Shown here one piece after another: positions 1 through 14,552 of a DNA stretch of 64,000 nt. Under the pieces are notes generated by a model, which worked only from the letters and a program-made list of their open reading frames with translations, was not told where the DNA came from and searched no databases. The number at the start of each line of letters is the position of its first letter. The first letter of the stretch is position 1. The position numbers were made by a program, and so were the translations under genes. The stretch covers positions 4,278,001 through 4,342,000 of the forward strand of contig CM120649.1 of assembly GCA_051362555.1 (NCBI GenBank), written 5' to 3'. The DNA comes from Lingula anatina. Its lineage: Eukaryota > Animalia > Brachiopoda.

Positions 1-164
1 TCTTTTGCATGGTTTTAAAAGGTTTTGTTGTTTATATTCATTTTATAAATTGATCAATTTATTTTTTTTTTTTGATCTGACATGCAAATGTTTTCTACTG
101 CTTGCCCTGAAACATGTAACCTTATTTATTTTTACAGCAGATATATCATATTCTTTGTTTTCAG

Positions 165-1402
165 GCCAAAGAAAAGAAACACAATGGGCTTTCAAAAAAG
201 CCTGTTCTAAACAAGACAACCAAAGGTCTTATGGTCAAAAACAACAAAAAAGCCACCGTACTGCTAGGAAAGCAGAGAACAAAAATCACTGACGATTCTG
301 GCGAGACGATAGACCTAACCCAGGATTCTCAGTCCAGTTCACAAGAAAGTAGTGGCAGTAGTAGCAGGTGAGTAGAGCGCCATCTGTTGGGAATGCTGGG
401 AACCATTAAACAAAACATTTTTAGGATTTGAATCAACATTGTTAAGACATAAAGAAAATGAATGTATTTGTAAATAGTTAAATACATATGGATGAAGATT
501 ATTGGTAGGTAAGTTAAGCAAAAGATTTTCATTGTCTCTTTCGTAATAATGGTGTTCATGTTGAAATATGCCTCCTGGGTAAAACACAGATTTAGTTCTT
601 TTACTTCTTTATAAACAATCTTTTTTAGTTAAAAATGTAATCTTCGTATTTCAGTGACTCTGAAATTGAGTTTCTGAACAAGAAAAATGTTCAACTCTCA
701 CAAGAAATAAGACCATCAACAGAGGAGAAGGTAAAGTAAAGAAGTAAAAGCTTATACATTTTTTCAATAACCAGTTCTTCTCCTTTATATCATAATTCAC
801 TATTAGTATGACACTGCAATTGAATCTGAATTCATTATCTGTATAAAACGGACACTGAGACTTAAATTGTGACTTAATACAGACATTATGATGTTAAAAT
901 ATGATACATCAATATATTATAATTGTGATATGTCGCTATGCTTTGTCATGACTACCTCCATGCCCAATACCAGTAAAATTGATAAGACAAAATATCAGGG
1001 ATATCAATGAACTCGACATAATTTCACCATGGGGAGTTCAAGACAACGCCCTTCATATCAGCTTTTGGCCAGAGGATTCTGCGCCAAGGTGAGCTGAGGA
1101 GGTCAGTAGGCTGAACAGATTTTTGGCATAGATGGATGTTCAATGTTGTTTATTTTTTAACAGGTGCCAGATGACATCGATGATGTTGATGCTGAAAATC
1201 GGCTGAACACATACGAAGTGCCGCTTTATGTGAGGGACATATTTGAGTATTATAAACAAAGAGAGGTGGGTGTTGTTTTATGTAGAAAAGTTGTTGAAAA
1301 GGTTTCTTGTTAGTGAGAAGGACCATTGAGTTTTCAAAAGATAAAAGAAAGATGAAATTCACTTGCTATGGTCAAAATTATAGCTCAAAAACAGTTTGAT
1401 GG

Positions 1403-1448
<46 letters not shown>

Positions 1449-3710
1449 CAGTTCTGATAGGGTCCACTGAGAGTTTTTTCTTTCCCCTTTTTTCCATAAA
1501 AAACCTTACGAATTTGTGAAATTTGGATTGCCTGTTGCTGAATCTTGACATATATAAATATGAATATATACATATGTTAATCCAATTTAGGAGAAGTTCA
1601 TGGTATCTGGTTACCTTGACAAACAATCTCATCTCACTACAAACATGCGTGCCATACTGGTGGATTGGCTTGTTGAGGTGCAAGAAAACTTCGAGCTGAA
1701 CCACGAGACACTGTACCTGGCCGTCAAGCTGGTCGATCTCTATCTGACCAAGGTCGAGGTCACACGGGAGAATCTCCAACTGGTCGGGTCAACGGCAATG
1801 TTTATCGCAGCGAAATTTGATGTAAGTTGGCACAGCATGTCTTAGATTGTTGTATGTGCATATTGACAGACCTACGAGTAGGACAGGTGTTTGCATGGGA
1901 ACGGCAGAGATATTCCCCTTGTCATTAACAACAAAAACAAAAAAGGAGAGAAAGAAAAGACAAAACCAAGCAATTTCACATCACTGCACCCTATACACTG
2001 TTATCAAATTGGCCATTTCATATTTGCAGGAAGGAGCAAGGCAAATCCTTTCAAAAATTCTTTTGCCTAGTATGAATTATGTAATACTATGTAAACTCTT
2101 ATTTTGTGTTATGTTACAGGAGCGCGTCCCGCCAGCGCTGGATGACTTCCTGTACATCTGCGACGACGCGTACAACAGGGAGGAACTCGTGGGCATGGAG
2201 ATGTCCATTCTGAAGACAGTGGACTTTGACCTTGGTGTGCCTCTCTCATACAGCTTTCTCCGCAGGTTTGCTAAGGTGGGTATGTGTATGGAGTCCTTGA
2301 TGAAAGTGAACTAAAAGAACAATGGATCTCGTAAAATGGTTCTGATTAAATTATTCAAATAACCTTTCATTTTAATTATATGATAGATTTTCTATGTTCA
2401 GATGCTGAAAAAAACTTGCATTACTTTTAAATTATTCATTTTATAAATATTTTTTTTCTAGAATGATCAAGGATAAGAAATGCAAAAATTGTTCTAATTA
2501 TCATAATCATTATAATATTTATTATTTCAGCTTAATGAGACACCAGATGCAGACAACAGAACTAAGAAAGAAAGGAAAACTGTAAATGATACATTTTTAT
2601 CGTATATATAATCAGATGTAATTATCTTCTCTGTCCCGCAGTGTGCGAGAGCGCCCATGAATATCCTCACTCTGGCCAGGTACATTCTGGAGACTTCACT
2701 CATGGACTACCAGTTCATCCAATACAAAGATTCAGAAATGGCCGCCGCCTGTCTTTTGCTGGCGCTGAAAATGAAGAAAACTGGAGAATGGGTGAGAGGG
2801 AGAGAGAGAGATTTTTTTCTTTATTTTTTGTTTTCATAAGTGTTGCTTTGTTTGTTTGTTACTTGAGAAGATAACTCCAAAAATAATTGGAAATTTAAGA
2901 CAAAAATTTAGGGGAGACAATCATTATTATTAGCGGCTGAAAGAAATGATTACAATTTCAGGGCAGGTCTTTATTTTGACATTTTCTTTAGTGGAAATCT
3001 GCACTCTTTGTGGGGTGGGGATGAAATAAATTCAAGGGTTATAGATGTTCTATGTTTTGTGTCTGTTTTTCCAGTCCAAGACTATGATATACTACACAGG
3101 CTATAATATTGAGCACCTTATGCCCATCGCGGTGGCCCTGAACACGATGCTTACGTCCCCAAGTCACAAGAACCTCAACACAATTAAGTCTAAATACTCA
3201 CATAGGTATGAATATGTGTGTGTGTGGAAGAATAGGTTCCTTATCCTTTCTTTTATTATTAAAGGGTTCAAGAAGGTGAAAGTGTGTTGAGATCGATAAT
3301 TGTGGCACTTTGTCTTTTTCTTCACACACTGTACTTAAATAATGTGCTGAGTAACTACGTCTTGGCTTTCTTCATCCCTAATGTGTGATTAAATTATAGC
3401 ACAGGTGCTGAGCTTACTTATACCCATATTTGGTGAGCCTTAAGTTTTGATGCACACTAGGCATTACAATTTTCCCAATAATATCTTGATAGGCAAATAG
3501 AAATGTGTCTCAGAACTATTCATAAAACTATTCATTTTTAAATTCACAGAACATCAGGACAAATTTTAAAAAAAATACATATATACAATATGAATTACTC
3601 GATATAGTAAATAATAATGCTTTTTTATAATTTCTTTTTTTAGTGTCTTTTTCGAGGTTGCTCTGACGCCACCAGTGGACATGGTGGAACTGACCGTGGA
3701 CATATCATAA
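165..3710 (+). CDS. CCNB3: G2/mitotic-specific cyclin B3, 5'-partial (start upstream of window)
   Basis: Phase-consistent GT-AG exons 165-367, 655-730, 1164-1265, 1591-1821, 2120-2275, 2642-2791, 3075-3205, 3644-3710 (TAA). Cyclin box MRAILVDWLVEVQENFELNHETLYLAVKLVD, DDFLYICDDAY, LARYILETSLMDY, KYSH-VFFEVA; ENFELNHETLYL is the cyclin B3 form. Confidence 0.93.
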
Positions 3711-6649
3711 CTGACCATCGTCCAGTGTGTGCAATGAGGATGTCTGAGCCAGGGGTGACCAATAGGTGGACGTGGCCTGCATAGCGGGAACCACATGTTA
3801 ACCAAAATTATCTTAACGTGAAGCATTTATGGCAATTTTATATTGAATTTATTTTTTCTACCTTTAAAATGGGGTTTATATCAATTTTTTTACCTCCCAG
3901 GTATTTTTGTCAATTATAGTATGAAAAGGGAAGCGTGTGCTGTTTTACATGAAAGAAAACTCGAGTCAGACAAGAGAGTGTTTAATTCGATTCCAAATTG
4001 TGGTCCTTTTGTCAGAATTTTTGCTTATTGACTAAGTAAACACAATGCTGGGTGTCGGATCAAATCTGTATAACCCTGAATTTCATAGGCGCACAGAAAT
4101 TGTCGTGGAAAGAGGCCCCTCTTGTCTGGTACGCTGTGACCTTGAGCAGCCTCTCTCTGAGACACAACCAGCACATTGCTGATGCTGAAGGCAACCTGCA
4201 CTGTCGCAATTTAAATCAAGATTGTGAGAACTTGTATCTCGACCTATATAGGAAATGATTTAACATTATGATATAGCAGTAACTTACTCATTTGTCTGCA
4301 ATAATTGCAGACTTGGCAGCAGATTTAACCCTTAAATCACTGGTTAAATTGATTAATGCCCAAGTTGTGGAGGGTAGTTTTGTAGTGTACAGTTAGTATG
4401 TAGGTTTTACGCAGGTGGTATGTTTGTGTTGATCGTGAACAAATAAAGGTGAAATGTTGGAGAGAATGTGACTTGCGCTTGTGCCATCATTTCTTTACAG
4501 ATATAACCCAGGGCCAATTTTACAGAAGAACTTGTGAAACCTGAAGTTGGTTTTAACTATGAGACTAAAAATTTTAGTCCAATGTCAGTATTAGTTGGAG
4601 TCCACGAAAAATGAAGCATTGATTTGTTTTATAAAAAAAAATTTTTTTTTTAATTGCTTGTTTTAGAACAATGACAGTGAATTTATTTCAATGGACTACC
4701 ATAACTTCATCAATAATTGAAGTAGAATAAAATTTGTTGGTCTTGGGTTCTTTTATGTAGCTGGTTGCAGGCCTGTCTGGAAAACTAAATTTTGAAATTT
4801 TTTGCCCCACAGTCTGGATTATCATATAAACTGTGGGGGTAATTGTTGTACAATAAATCTGTTATGAGTGAGTGAATGTGAACAGTGAGTTGTATCATGT
4901 AAGGGGGTCATTTAATTCATTTTTAATAATTTCCTTCTTGTTGGGACACATTGGATGCTGTGTACATCTGTGCTCGATGAATTTAGAGGAACATGTTGAT
5001 GCTAGACTATAGCAGTTGATTTGTTTTCTGTGGCAGGGTCTATCTAGGTAGCCCAAATACTCATTGGGCAGAAAATTTTTTTGTCTTTGGTTTTAGATTC
5101 TCAGGGCCTGGTGGACATAAAAGAATATTACATCTTAATAACTGTTAAGACAGACAATGAGTGTCAGACTTTTATTTAGCAAACTTTTAACTCGAAGCTA
5201 ATCAAGATAGACATTTTGGTTCAGGGTTTCATTTGTCACACTGGCAGATGGCTTCAAGTTTATTGTCAAAGTCACAAACAACATATACATAGTCGCACTT
5301 TTGCAAAAGTCTGCAATTAAGATATGCCATACAGAAATTTCCAGCCATCCTATTGAAAGTCCCTCTGCTAAAAAAACATCCTTAAGTTTCAGTAGTAATG
5401 AAACTTTGCAGTGAAGATGTACCAGTATGGTATGGCAACTTCCTCTCTCGTTTTACAATAGGACATGTTGAAAACTCAACCGAAACTACAATATATTGAA
5501 AATAAAATGTTTCAAAAAGACCATGTTTTTGTGTTTATCATTTTTGATTTTTATTTTATTCATTTTCTGAAAAAGTGACATTTGATGATAAAGATCAACA
5601 AAAGTTAAATCCACTTTGAAATATTCTTTTTATGTGTAAATGTATTTACAAATTTAATTCTTTAATGGCATTGATGGACAAAACGTTTGCAATAATTGTA
5701 ATCATGATAAATGAATAGATTATTGTATCGTAAATCTTGCATAAACCACAACATATAACATACCAAATCTGAAAGTTTCAGTTGCACCTAGTACCAGTTT
5801 TGTATAGGCATAAAACTGACCATATATGTTAAACAGACAAAAATAGCAGGTCCCAATTAGTATGACATATACAAGATTTACTTTACTATGCTCATAAAAT
5901 TGACACATTCAAATGATGCACAGACTGCTTTGCAGTCTAAAAGTGTTTGAAAAAGATCAGTACAGAACGTGAAAACTTGGGATGCAAAAGGCACATCTTT
6001 AAAACATTTAATATACCTTAGTGGGTGTAAAGAAAAGAGCCAGATATACTTCATCATGAATGCAGGCATATGTGCAAGTCGCTTCTTTCTCTTTTTTTTT
6101 ACATCCACCATTATGATAGTATAACTCGTCAACGGCATTCGTCAGCAGGTGATAAGTGCAATCGTGAAGCTGATTCATGGTGTACCTTCGATTTATATGT
6201 ACAGGCACATACATAATACCAGATTGAACATGGGTTATCGCTTAAAGATGCATACTAAGCCAAATTTTGTGCCATAAATCCCGTCCAAATGCCACCACAT
6301 AGTTCCATATAGCATATCTTAGAGATATAACACTTAATATTTCCGGAAAATAGCATTTAAACAGTCAATCAATAACTTATGTATTTTTCTTTAGTAGATC
6401 TTTGCCATAATGCAACAAATGTACAATTAACGAAATTATGTAGTATCAAAGCAAATGTTGAAGGCAACAGAGTATCAAACTATCCGTTTCCTTTGTATAG
6501 TTGTTATTCTACTGTTAACATATGATGAGTATAAGTTCTATGCAGTAGGCAACTGTGCTTTACTTGAATTATACTGAAAGGTACACGTGTTGACTAGAAG
6601 TAATGACAGTTACAGGGTGTGGCTGGGACATGCTAGGCCACGTGCCTTA

Positions 6650-6896
6650 GACTGCGTTCCCATAACCTTAACATTCCAGCTGGATCAATCTAACTCAGCA
6701 GGGATTCTCGCTAAGGCACAATCAATGCAATTGTCTGGCACTCCCCTCTTGCAGTAGCATGGGCCACAAAACTTTCCCGACTTTACCCTAGGGAGACGTG
6801 TCAGACATTTAAGTTGCTTAAACTAAATGCAATTTAGTGAGAATGCTCAGAGTTTGGTCCATCCAGCTAGTACAATAGGGTTATGGGAACAGCCCC
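6650..6896. mobile_element. Harbinger-like MITE, degenerate copy of family also at 32.6-33.3, 45.2, 55.2 and 59.1 kb
   Basis: Imperfect terminal inverted repeats GTTCCCATAACC / GGTTATGGGAAC, TTA flanks, internal GGGATTCTCGCTAA motif shared with other copies. Confidence 0.6.
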
Positions 6897-7034
6897 TTAA
6901 ACCAAATGGAGTTACAATCTGCACTGGGGTATTATATGTTACACGTTAAACTGTTGTAGTCATGGTTAACTTCACAGAATAACAAAGATGGTCAATAATA
7001 CGTATCACAAGGTTACAGACTCTAGTATACAATA

Positions 7035-7572
7035 CGAGGGTTGATTGATAAGTAGTGAGCCTCGTGTGGAAGGGGTTAAGCAGGGATATCCCTTTTCAGC
7101 CCTTCTATTCCCTGACTATTTAAAGGTGTGTAGCCGAAGTTTGGTGTAATTTGGTTAGTTTATGTCGACGAGGCAGCGGAAAGCTCAGGAAAGGTGTACT
7201 GTTCCTCCAGGACAATGCCCCTGCTCACAAGTCTGTCATTGCCATGGCTGCAATCAACAAGTGTGGCTTTGAACTGATAGAACATCCACCTTAATCGCCT
7301 GATCTTGCTCCCTCTGACTATTATCTATTTCCCAAATATAAAAAGGCCATTTCAGGTACTCACTTTGTGTCAGATGATGACGTCATACGTTTAGTGGAGG
7401 GGTTTCTGAACGGCCAAGAGAAGGGCTTCTATAAAAGTGGCATAGAGGCTCTCAAAATTTGCTGGCTAAAGTGTATAGATACTCGAGGAGACTATGTTGA
7501 AAAATAAAGAAAAATACTTGTAAAATGTGTACCCCTTCTATATGAGGCTCACTACTTATCAATCAACCCTCG
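7035..7572 (+). mobile_element. Internally deleted mariner element with transposase C-terminal remnant
   Basis: Perfect 29-bp TIRs CGAGGGTTGATTGATAAGTAGTGAGCCTC, TA duplication at 7033-7034 and 7573-7574; translation ...VLFLQDNAPAHKS...IEHPP*SPDLAPSDYYLFPK...GDYVEK* carries the mariner YSPDLAPSD motif with a nonsense codon. Confidence 0.95.
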
Positions 7573-8107
7573 TACATAAAACCATTGGTGATTTGAAAAT
7601 AGATTATTTAACATTTATTGATAATATTACCTCCCCCCTCCGAGAAAAATTCTGCATCTTATTTCTAAAACTCCAGTGAAGATTTTAAATATACTTATAC
7701 ATTAATAATAGTGAATTCTTAACAACAGGAAGCTACATGTATCGTCAGAGATTCTATTACTTTATTCATCTTTCCTTTCATATTCTTTATACCTTTCTCA
7801 AAAGACAATTTGATGTGATTGATGTTCATTTCAACAGAAAGAGTGTCTTGAATTTCTCACCTCTACAAATGTAAGGTTACAGTAACAATAATCTTCATTA
7901 ATATTTTCTTATCTTGGTCATCATTATTGTGGCTGAAAACTCAGTCTTTGGTCGATTTAATGAAGTGACCTTAACAATTCCAATTTTCAATTGCACCATA
8001 TCTAGAGTGTTCAGTATTTCATAATCAACCAAAATAAGTGGAGTTATTATCACAATCTGGTGAGGATTAGGCTTCTCTTGGATCAAGTGCATCCCTCTGG
8101 TGTCTGT

Positions 8108-10146
8108 TTATCGCGCTGCAGCTATGGCCCCTTGTCCCTGATCTACCCTCTCCAACTTCTCAAAATGTTTCCTGGCATTTTTTATGTTGATTAAAGTGGC
8201 AGCAGAGGCTGAAATTAAAACAGGAAATCAAAATATTTTTACATTTTGACCCCAATGTCATTAACAAAGGTCTCAGACTGGACCAAAAACACTGATGTAC
8301 AATGTAGGGTGCAAAAAAGTTGTGCAAATATAAATCATTTTTAACGCTGTAGTTATTTTACACCACACTTGACTTTTGATCAGATTTATGGATTGTTAAT
8401 CTGAGAATGGTTTTGAATATGGCATACTTTAGTGATTATCATTTAAAAAGAGCTGAAAATTCCACAGCAAATGTCATTTTCCCAACATAAAGGTCTATGC
8501 CCATTCTGAGTAATACTTTGCCATCAGTCAAGGCATAAAAAGCTGGCATGTGCTACTTACGTATTGTAGGATCAGACATGATGACCATTACATAAGTGTT
8601 GGATGTGAAGACGTCAATAAAAGCGGCAAAACTGGCATTTCTGACCTCCATACTCTGAAAAGAAGCCGCGAGCTTGCTGCAGCTCAGCTTGAACTGCTTG
8701 ATGATGTTGCTTATCTTCTCGAATCTATGCACATCTTTGTGGGGCTTTCTTATGCAGTTGGATATCACCTGAAAGAGATTCATATTGTTCTTATCTCCAC
8801 ATTAGTTCTTAAGTAGTTTACGAAATGATTAGGTTTATAAAAGGTATTTTGATATATCACCACTAAAGTGTCTCGTTAGGTTGGTTGAAAAACCCGTGTT
8901 GAAAATCCATTTCAGCATTATCAGAATATTTTGGAAAACATATATGCCAGTAAGTACATGTGCTCAATTTTTATATATATCTAGAACAGTCATGATATTC
9001 AAAATAAAATGTTCAAACAATAACATAAATTTTGCCAGAAAATGTAAATTATTACAGTTACAATTTTCAAAATGCAAGATACTTAACACAGCTACAAATC
9101 TTATTACAATTCCAATGGAAAAAAAAAAAAAAAACAGCTACTGATGACTCAGGTTGCTATCTCACCAGAAAGGTGGCTCTCTCAAACAGCAGGACCTCAT
9201 CTGCATCGATGATGTTGGCAAAATGGGTGAGGTTGGTCTCTAGTTGTTGAACATTAGGGATTAACATGTACACTATACATGACCAGGCCTGAACAGAAAT
9301 AAATTTATAAGTTAATTTATCACTTTGTAAATAAATGACTTACATAGTTCTGATAACTTAAAGCAAATAAATAAATGTATGAATGGACATATTAGAATTT
9401 CTCCCATTTTTGAACATATAATCCAGCAACTTTGTTACATAAACTCTCTTGTATATGTGAAAAGGAGTACCCAGAATTCTACAGAAAAATGATAATTAAT
9501 ATATACAATAATATATAAATACACAAATGAATAAAAGTTAAGAAATAAATTTTTCACATCAGTGCATATGTGATGTAAATCACTTAATACCTTATACAAT
9601 GTTTCATCCCAAATGGACGTGGCGAAGCATGTACACTCTAGTGGCTTTGACAGTCTCTTTAAATCTTCTTCTCTTTCTCTGAATATCTGGGATGAAAAAT
9701 AATTAAATAAATTAAAAGACATTCAACAAACCTAACAAGTGTTATACTTTGCCTGATATATCCTATATATATACAGTACTTCAAAAATTGGACATCTTCG
9801 GCCAATATACATTTGTAAAACATGATGGCTGCTGGTGAAAGTTCTAAAAGATGCTTACAAGAATAAAGCTTTCTAAGCTCTGTCCTGTCACTTTCTCAAG
9901 TTTTGAACTGTAACTCTTCATTGAAATGCATATTAGTAAGCTACCGTATTCAAATCCAAATTAGAATCTTAACTAACATGTTTATTGGAAGATATCATGG
10001 CAGAAAACAATTTACATTTTATACGTAACATATCAATTTTTACTATTAAGTCTTGGCTCTTTAAAAATACTTTTTTTAATCTGAGATGGTAAAACAATTT
10101 CCATTTTTATGTATTATATAATAATATATACAATGGCTGAATAAAC

Positions 10147-10188
<42 letters not shown>

Positions 10189-12521
10189 AAAACACAGTCA
10201 ATTTTTTCAACTCACTAATTCCCTTTGGTCCTCTTGCACTAAGTCCATTTTGTGTACTAGACAGAAAACTTTGGCATCTGGAGAATTCTGCAATATGGCC
10301 TCCAGACAGGACTGGTAATAGTGCATGTCCTTTTCTAGTTCGCGACTCTCCACGTCAAAGACGTATATTAAAACTTCTACATTGCGGAATATGTTGTCAC
10401 GCTGGCTAGCAAAGTAGTTCTCCATGAAGGCCTCTTGTCTGAAAAGTTCAAACATTAATGTGATAACAATATCATTTAAGTCATGTTTTAACATGAGATT
10501 GCATGTTCAAGAGGTGGTTAAGATAAAATGTGAGTTAAAACATTATATAGCAAAATTTCAATATATCTGAAAATTTCAATAACTTACTCTTGCTCATCAA
10601 GGCATATCCTTTCTTAAACAATTGAAAAAATTATAATCTAAAAACCCATTTGCAAAGAAGTTCAATATTTCTATTTTTTACTGTCACAAGTGAAATTCAT
10701 CAGTCTTACACATCTGACAAAAGCAGATTGCAAAATCTGAACTTTAAATTAAAACTTTAAGAAAATTTATCATTAGTTATGCTTTTGAAACACTTCTAAA
10801 CTGTGCTCACTCACCCTCCACAATCCCACAGGTTCAACACCAGGTTACCCAGGAATCTGACATGAGAATGTTCTACATCAACTGAAACATCAAGAAGCAA
10901 GATCTTTGAGAAATGTCAAATAATTATAGTCGTTTCGACCATGAATTTCCCATTTACAACACCATCATACTAGTACCCTAGAATTTCAATACTTTTTAAC
11001 ATTTATGTCACAATGATTTTATTCTACTTCTTTTTTTCTGATAACTTTTTCTGCAATTCAAAATTTCTCTTCATGCTCTAAATTGAATGAACCTTAAAGA
11101 GACAAAAATCCAATTTTGCTTCCTTAAGCCAGAAACTGGGGTGGTATACAGTATATTGCTATTGGTTTCAATCAATAAACAAGGCAAATTACAACTTTTC
11201 ACACAATGACAGTGACAAGGAGCTCAGTTTCCTGGCACTTTTTATAAAATAAAGGTGCAACTAGGAGTTTTGCCAGAAACCATTTGTATATAACTGTTCA
11301 GATTGATGTTTACTTCTAAGTTCTTTATTGAACACTGAACTCACTTGTGGCCCCCAACCTCCTTGTGTCTCTGGCGATATAGTTGGCAAATATAATGGAC
11401 CTCATACTGGTCTTCCCTGAGCCACTCTTCCCCATCAACAGCACCTAAATGAAAACAAGATACAGAATTGTACAATTATCAATACTATTGAATATTGAAC
11501 AGGTATAACATAAATGTACTGGTAATATATTTCATGTTATCAAACACTGTCATAGGTCGCCTCAGTTTTCAACCTTAAATGCTACTGGTGAAAATGTACT
11601 TTTTATTATTCTAGGCAGTGTCAGTAATCCCTTGTCCTAATTTTTCTTTAAGATTGGAGAAAAGAAGAATTGGAGTTCATTTGTTGCTTGTGTGTATTCA
11701 GAAGGAAAATGCAAACATCTGACTGTGTCATTTCTCACCTTGAGTCTACGTGAACACCTGGGAATGCCAATGAGATCAGCAAACATAACAGGGAGTTCAC
11801 GATTCATGTATTGAAATTGAAAGTGGACTAAAGATGAGAGGGCATTCCAACACTTATTACAAATGTAACTTTCTCAACCACACTGTATAAGGGCAGTATG
11901 AAGATCTTGAAAGAGCATTCATTGGAAGAAGGCAGTTTGAGCAGCATGACAAGTTTGCAATTTTGCTGTGAAATGGTCTCTCTTGAGCTCAAACACAGCA
12001 CAGTGAAGGGACATGAACAATTTCTTTAAAAAAACCCTAAACATCAGAAGCCAATAACATCTTTGATGTGAGTGTTTACCGGTACTCACATTGAGAGTAA
12101 AGGACAAAAAATTAATCAATCAGAGAGGATGCGAGCAACAAAAACTGTTGTTTTACTTTCAGTGCTCTCAGACCAGTAATTGGTATGACTTTTCTGACTA
12201 TTTCTTAGCTAGCAGAGTAAAAATCTAAGACTCTAACTACTCATAACTTTCCTTAAAACCGACTTAACCGGATACCTACTTCAGCCAAGTTTAATGAAGA
12301 AAAGCTGACAAAATTTTCAAAGATCTGAAGACCTGTGGCCTGTCAATAAAATGACAGTTCAGTGCATGTTCACGCTGTCATCGAACCGATGTCATCCGAC
12401 ATTTGCAACAAGCATATTTATGTAACATATATCTAACACAATTCTAGCTTTCTTTAGTAATTGGAAAGGTTAAAACTGTCCTCTTTAATCTCCTTACCTT
12501 CTTTTTCATCGTCGAAGGCAT
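8108..12521 (-). CDS. RRAGA: Ras-related GTP-binding protein A/B (Rag GTPase, Gtr1 family), 313 aa
   Basis: Exons 12521-12498, 11444-11345, 10881-10815, 10438-10216, 9686-9591, 9288-9166, 8768-8561, 8208-8108 (942 nt). [77 protein letters not shown]. Confidence 0.97.
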
Positions 12522-12928
12522 CCTGGTTGAATTCACGGTTGTAAAAACATCAAAAGAACCCCTTTTTTTGCTGTGGCGTCAGATTTGTGTCACAAGATTA
12601 CCATTTACTGCGATCCTACTGTTGACCTATTTATGACTAACACGCTTGACAGCACTGATTTGACAGGAAAAAAATCATAATTTCTTTTTATCATATTACG
12701 AACAGAAAATCTCTAGCCTATATTTAAACCAATATTCTGAATTCCAATTTATTTAGAAAAGTTTAAGTTGACTAGACAGTAAATTTGCTGCTCCCACCTG
12801 TCATGAGGTCTTAGTGAGCAGTCGGGTCTGTGAGTAAGCTATTTCATTATAAAACATTTTTTCAAAGAAATAAATGCCATAAAAAAAGTAAATGAAAGTG
12901 AGATAAGAAATATAATGTATTTTCCCTG

Positions 12929-12976
<48 letters not shown>

Positions 12977-13673
12977 ACAGCAAATTATAAATGTCTATAA
13001 GTGTTTTATAAAGGCGAAATTGTTTTTTCCCTTTCTTCTTATATAAAGATATTATTTTTTAAGGTCTATAGAGCACCCGCAAGCTGCCTCGCACGGATGC
13101 CGAGTTCTAGTCACAGTTGTAATAAAATTATAAATATATAACTAAATAAAATAACGAAAATAATTCAACGAAAAAGAAAATAGGCCTAGCTACCATTCTG
13201 TGCCCTGTTGCATGCAGGTAATAAACTTCACAACAAAATATTTTTTCTTTATCTTCTCTTTATTTTACAAAATATTCGGATACATGCAGTTCATAAAAGG
13301 AGATCTTAAAAACCATTGCTTTCATTTCTATAAAATATTTCATTTCTACCCCTCCATCGTAGTCCCTTATTTAGTTTGAATTTTATTCTATGTACATATT
13401 GTATTAATGTTCCAACTCCGTCCCCTTTCCTTTTTTTTTTTTTTTTTGCTGTTTCACAGTCTTCGAACCCTACTCCCCTTCTTTTAGTCCACTAGCTCCC
13501 TCATCCAATTTTTTCTTTTTTAGAAAATATAAACTTATATTTATCTTTTTCATCCATGTCCACGTATCCTTTCCCTTCCCTCCCCATTCTTCAAGCCTCA
13601 AAGATGCTTTACGCCTCACTCCCTCCCCCCTTTTTTTTCCTTTTTTGTCTTTGTCCCATGGCTGGCAAAGTCT

Positions 13674-14520
13674 TCACACCCTTCGCCCGTGTCTTCGAGG
13701 TTTCCGGCGGGTGCTTGGTCTAGCATCAGCAGAATTCTCGAGGCCCGTGGCACGAGGTCCGGGGGTGGCATCCAACAGACCCGCATATGGGTCCCGTCGA
13801 GTGGGAGGCCGAGCATGGTGGAGAGCTCTCAGAGGATTATTCCTGCTCTGGAAATAATGGACATGGTCTTCGATGGAACGCATGGCGGTTGTCCTGTGTC
13901 CAGTAGTCAGGACGTTCTGGACTCCAGCACCACATCGTGGTAGGCGGAACGGGCGCGCGCCGATGTCTGCAGGGGTCACGGGACGACCCAAGGGTCTCAG
14001 AACTGATGGCCGAGGGGCCGTGGGTGGGTGAGGAGAGAGCGGCATTGGAGTCAGCCTTGGAAGATGGACCTGAGTCGCTGTCCCTCTAAATGCCATTGGC
14101 ACCGGGGAAGGGGTCCTTCTTCTGGCATCAAGAATGCCTGGTAATCTCACAGGAGAACCATTTTCACTAGAAAAAATGTTTAATTCCAGGAGTTCTAAGG
14201 CAGCATGAGACAGACAAAGAAAGAAACAAGAAAGGAAATGAAAAAAAGAAAGTATTTATCTCTCTCTATATATATAAAAATACAGTACTCCTAAAAAGCA
14301 GTGAGTAAGCTTAATGTTAATAGTTTTAACTTTCAAAATACGATAACTTACTCAAGCCTACATTATCTCAACCCGCCCCTCCACCCCAACTATTACACCA
14401 GGATAAATAAACGCACGCAATTCTAAGATATATTGTATTTTATAATTTAAAACACATTTAACAAAGGTTCACTCACCGTTCCCGTATATTTATAAACACA
14501 AACTTTTGCAAATTGCTCAT
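13674..14520 (-). CDS. Putative two-exon orphan gene, 178-aa basic Arg/Pro-rich protein
   Basis: Exon 14520-14477 (AAAATG MSNLQKFVFINIRE, donor CG|GTGAGT) joins in phase via acceptor TTTTTTCTAG to GC-rich exon 14166-13674 (RENGSPVRLPGILDARRRTPSP...RRHGRRV*); 537 nt in total. No family recognised. Confidence 0.62.
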
Positions 14521-14552
14521 TTTCGCTGAGATTTCGATGAAATCGCAACAAG

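Noticed and set aside
13645-13943. Plus-strand ORFs overlapping the orphan exon
   Set aside because: Shadow frames of GC-rich DNA; splice and start signals support only the minus strand.
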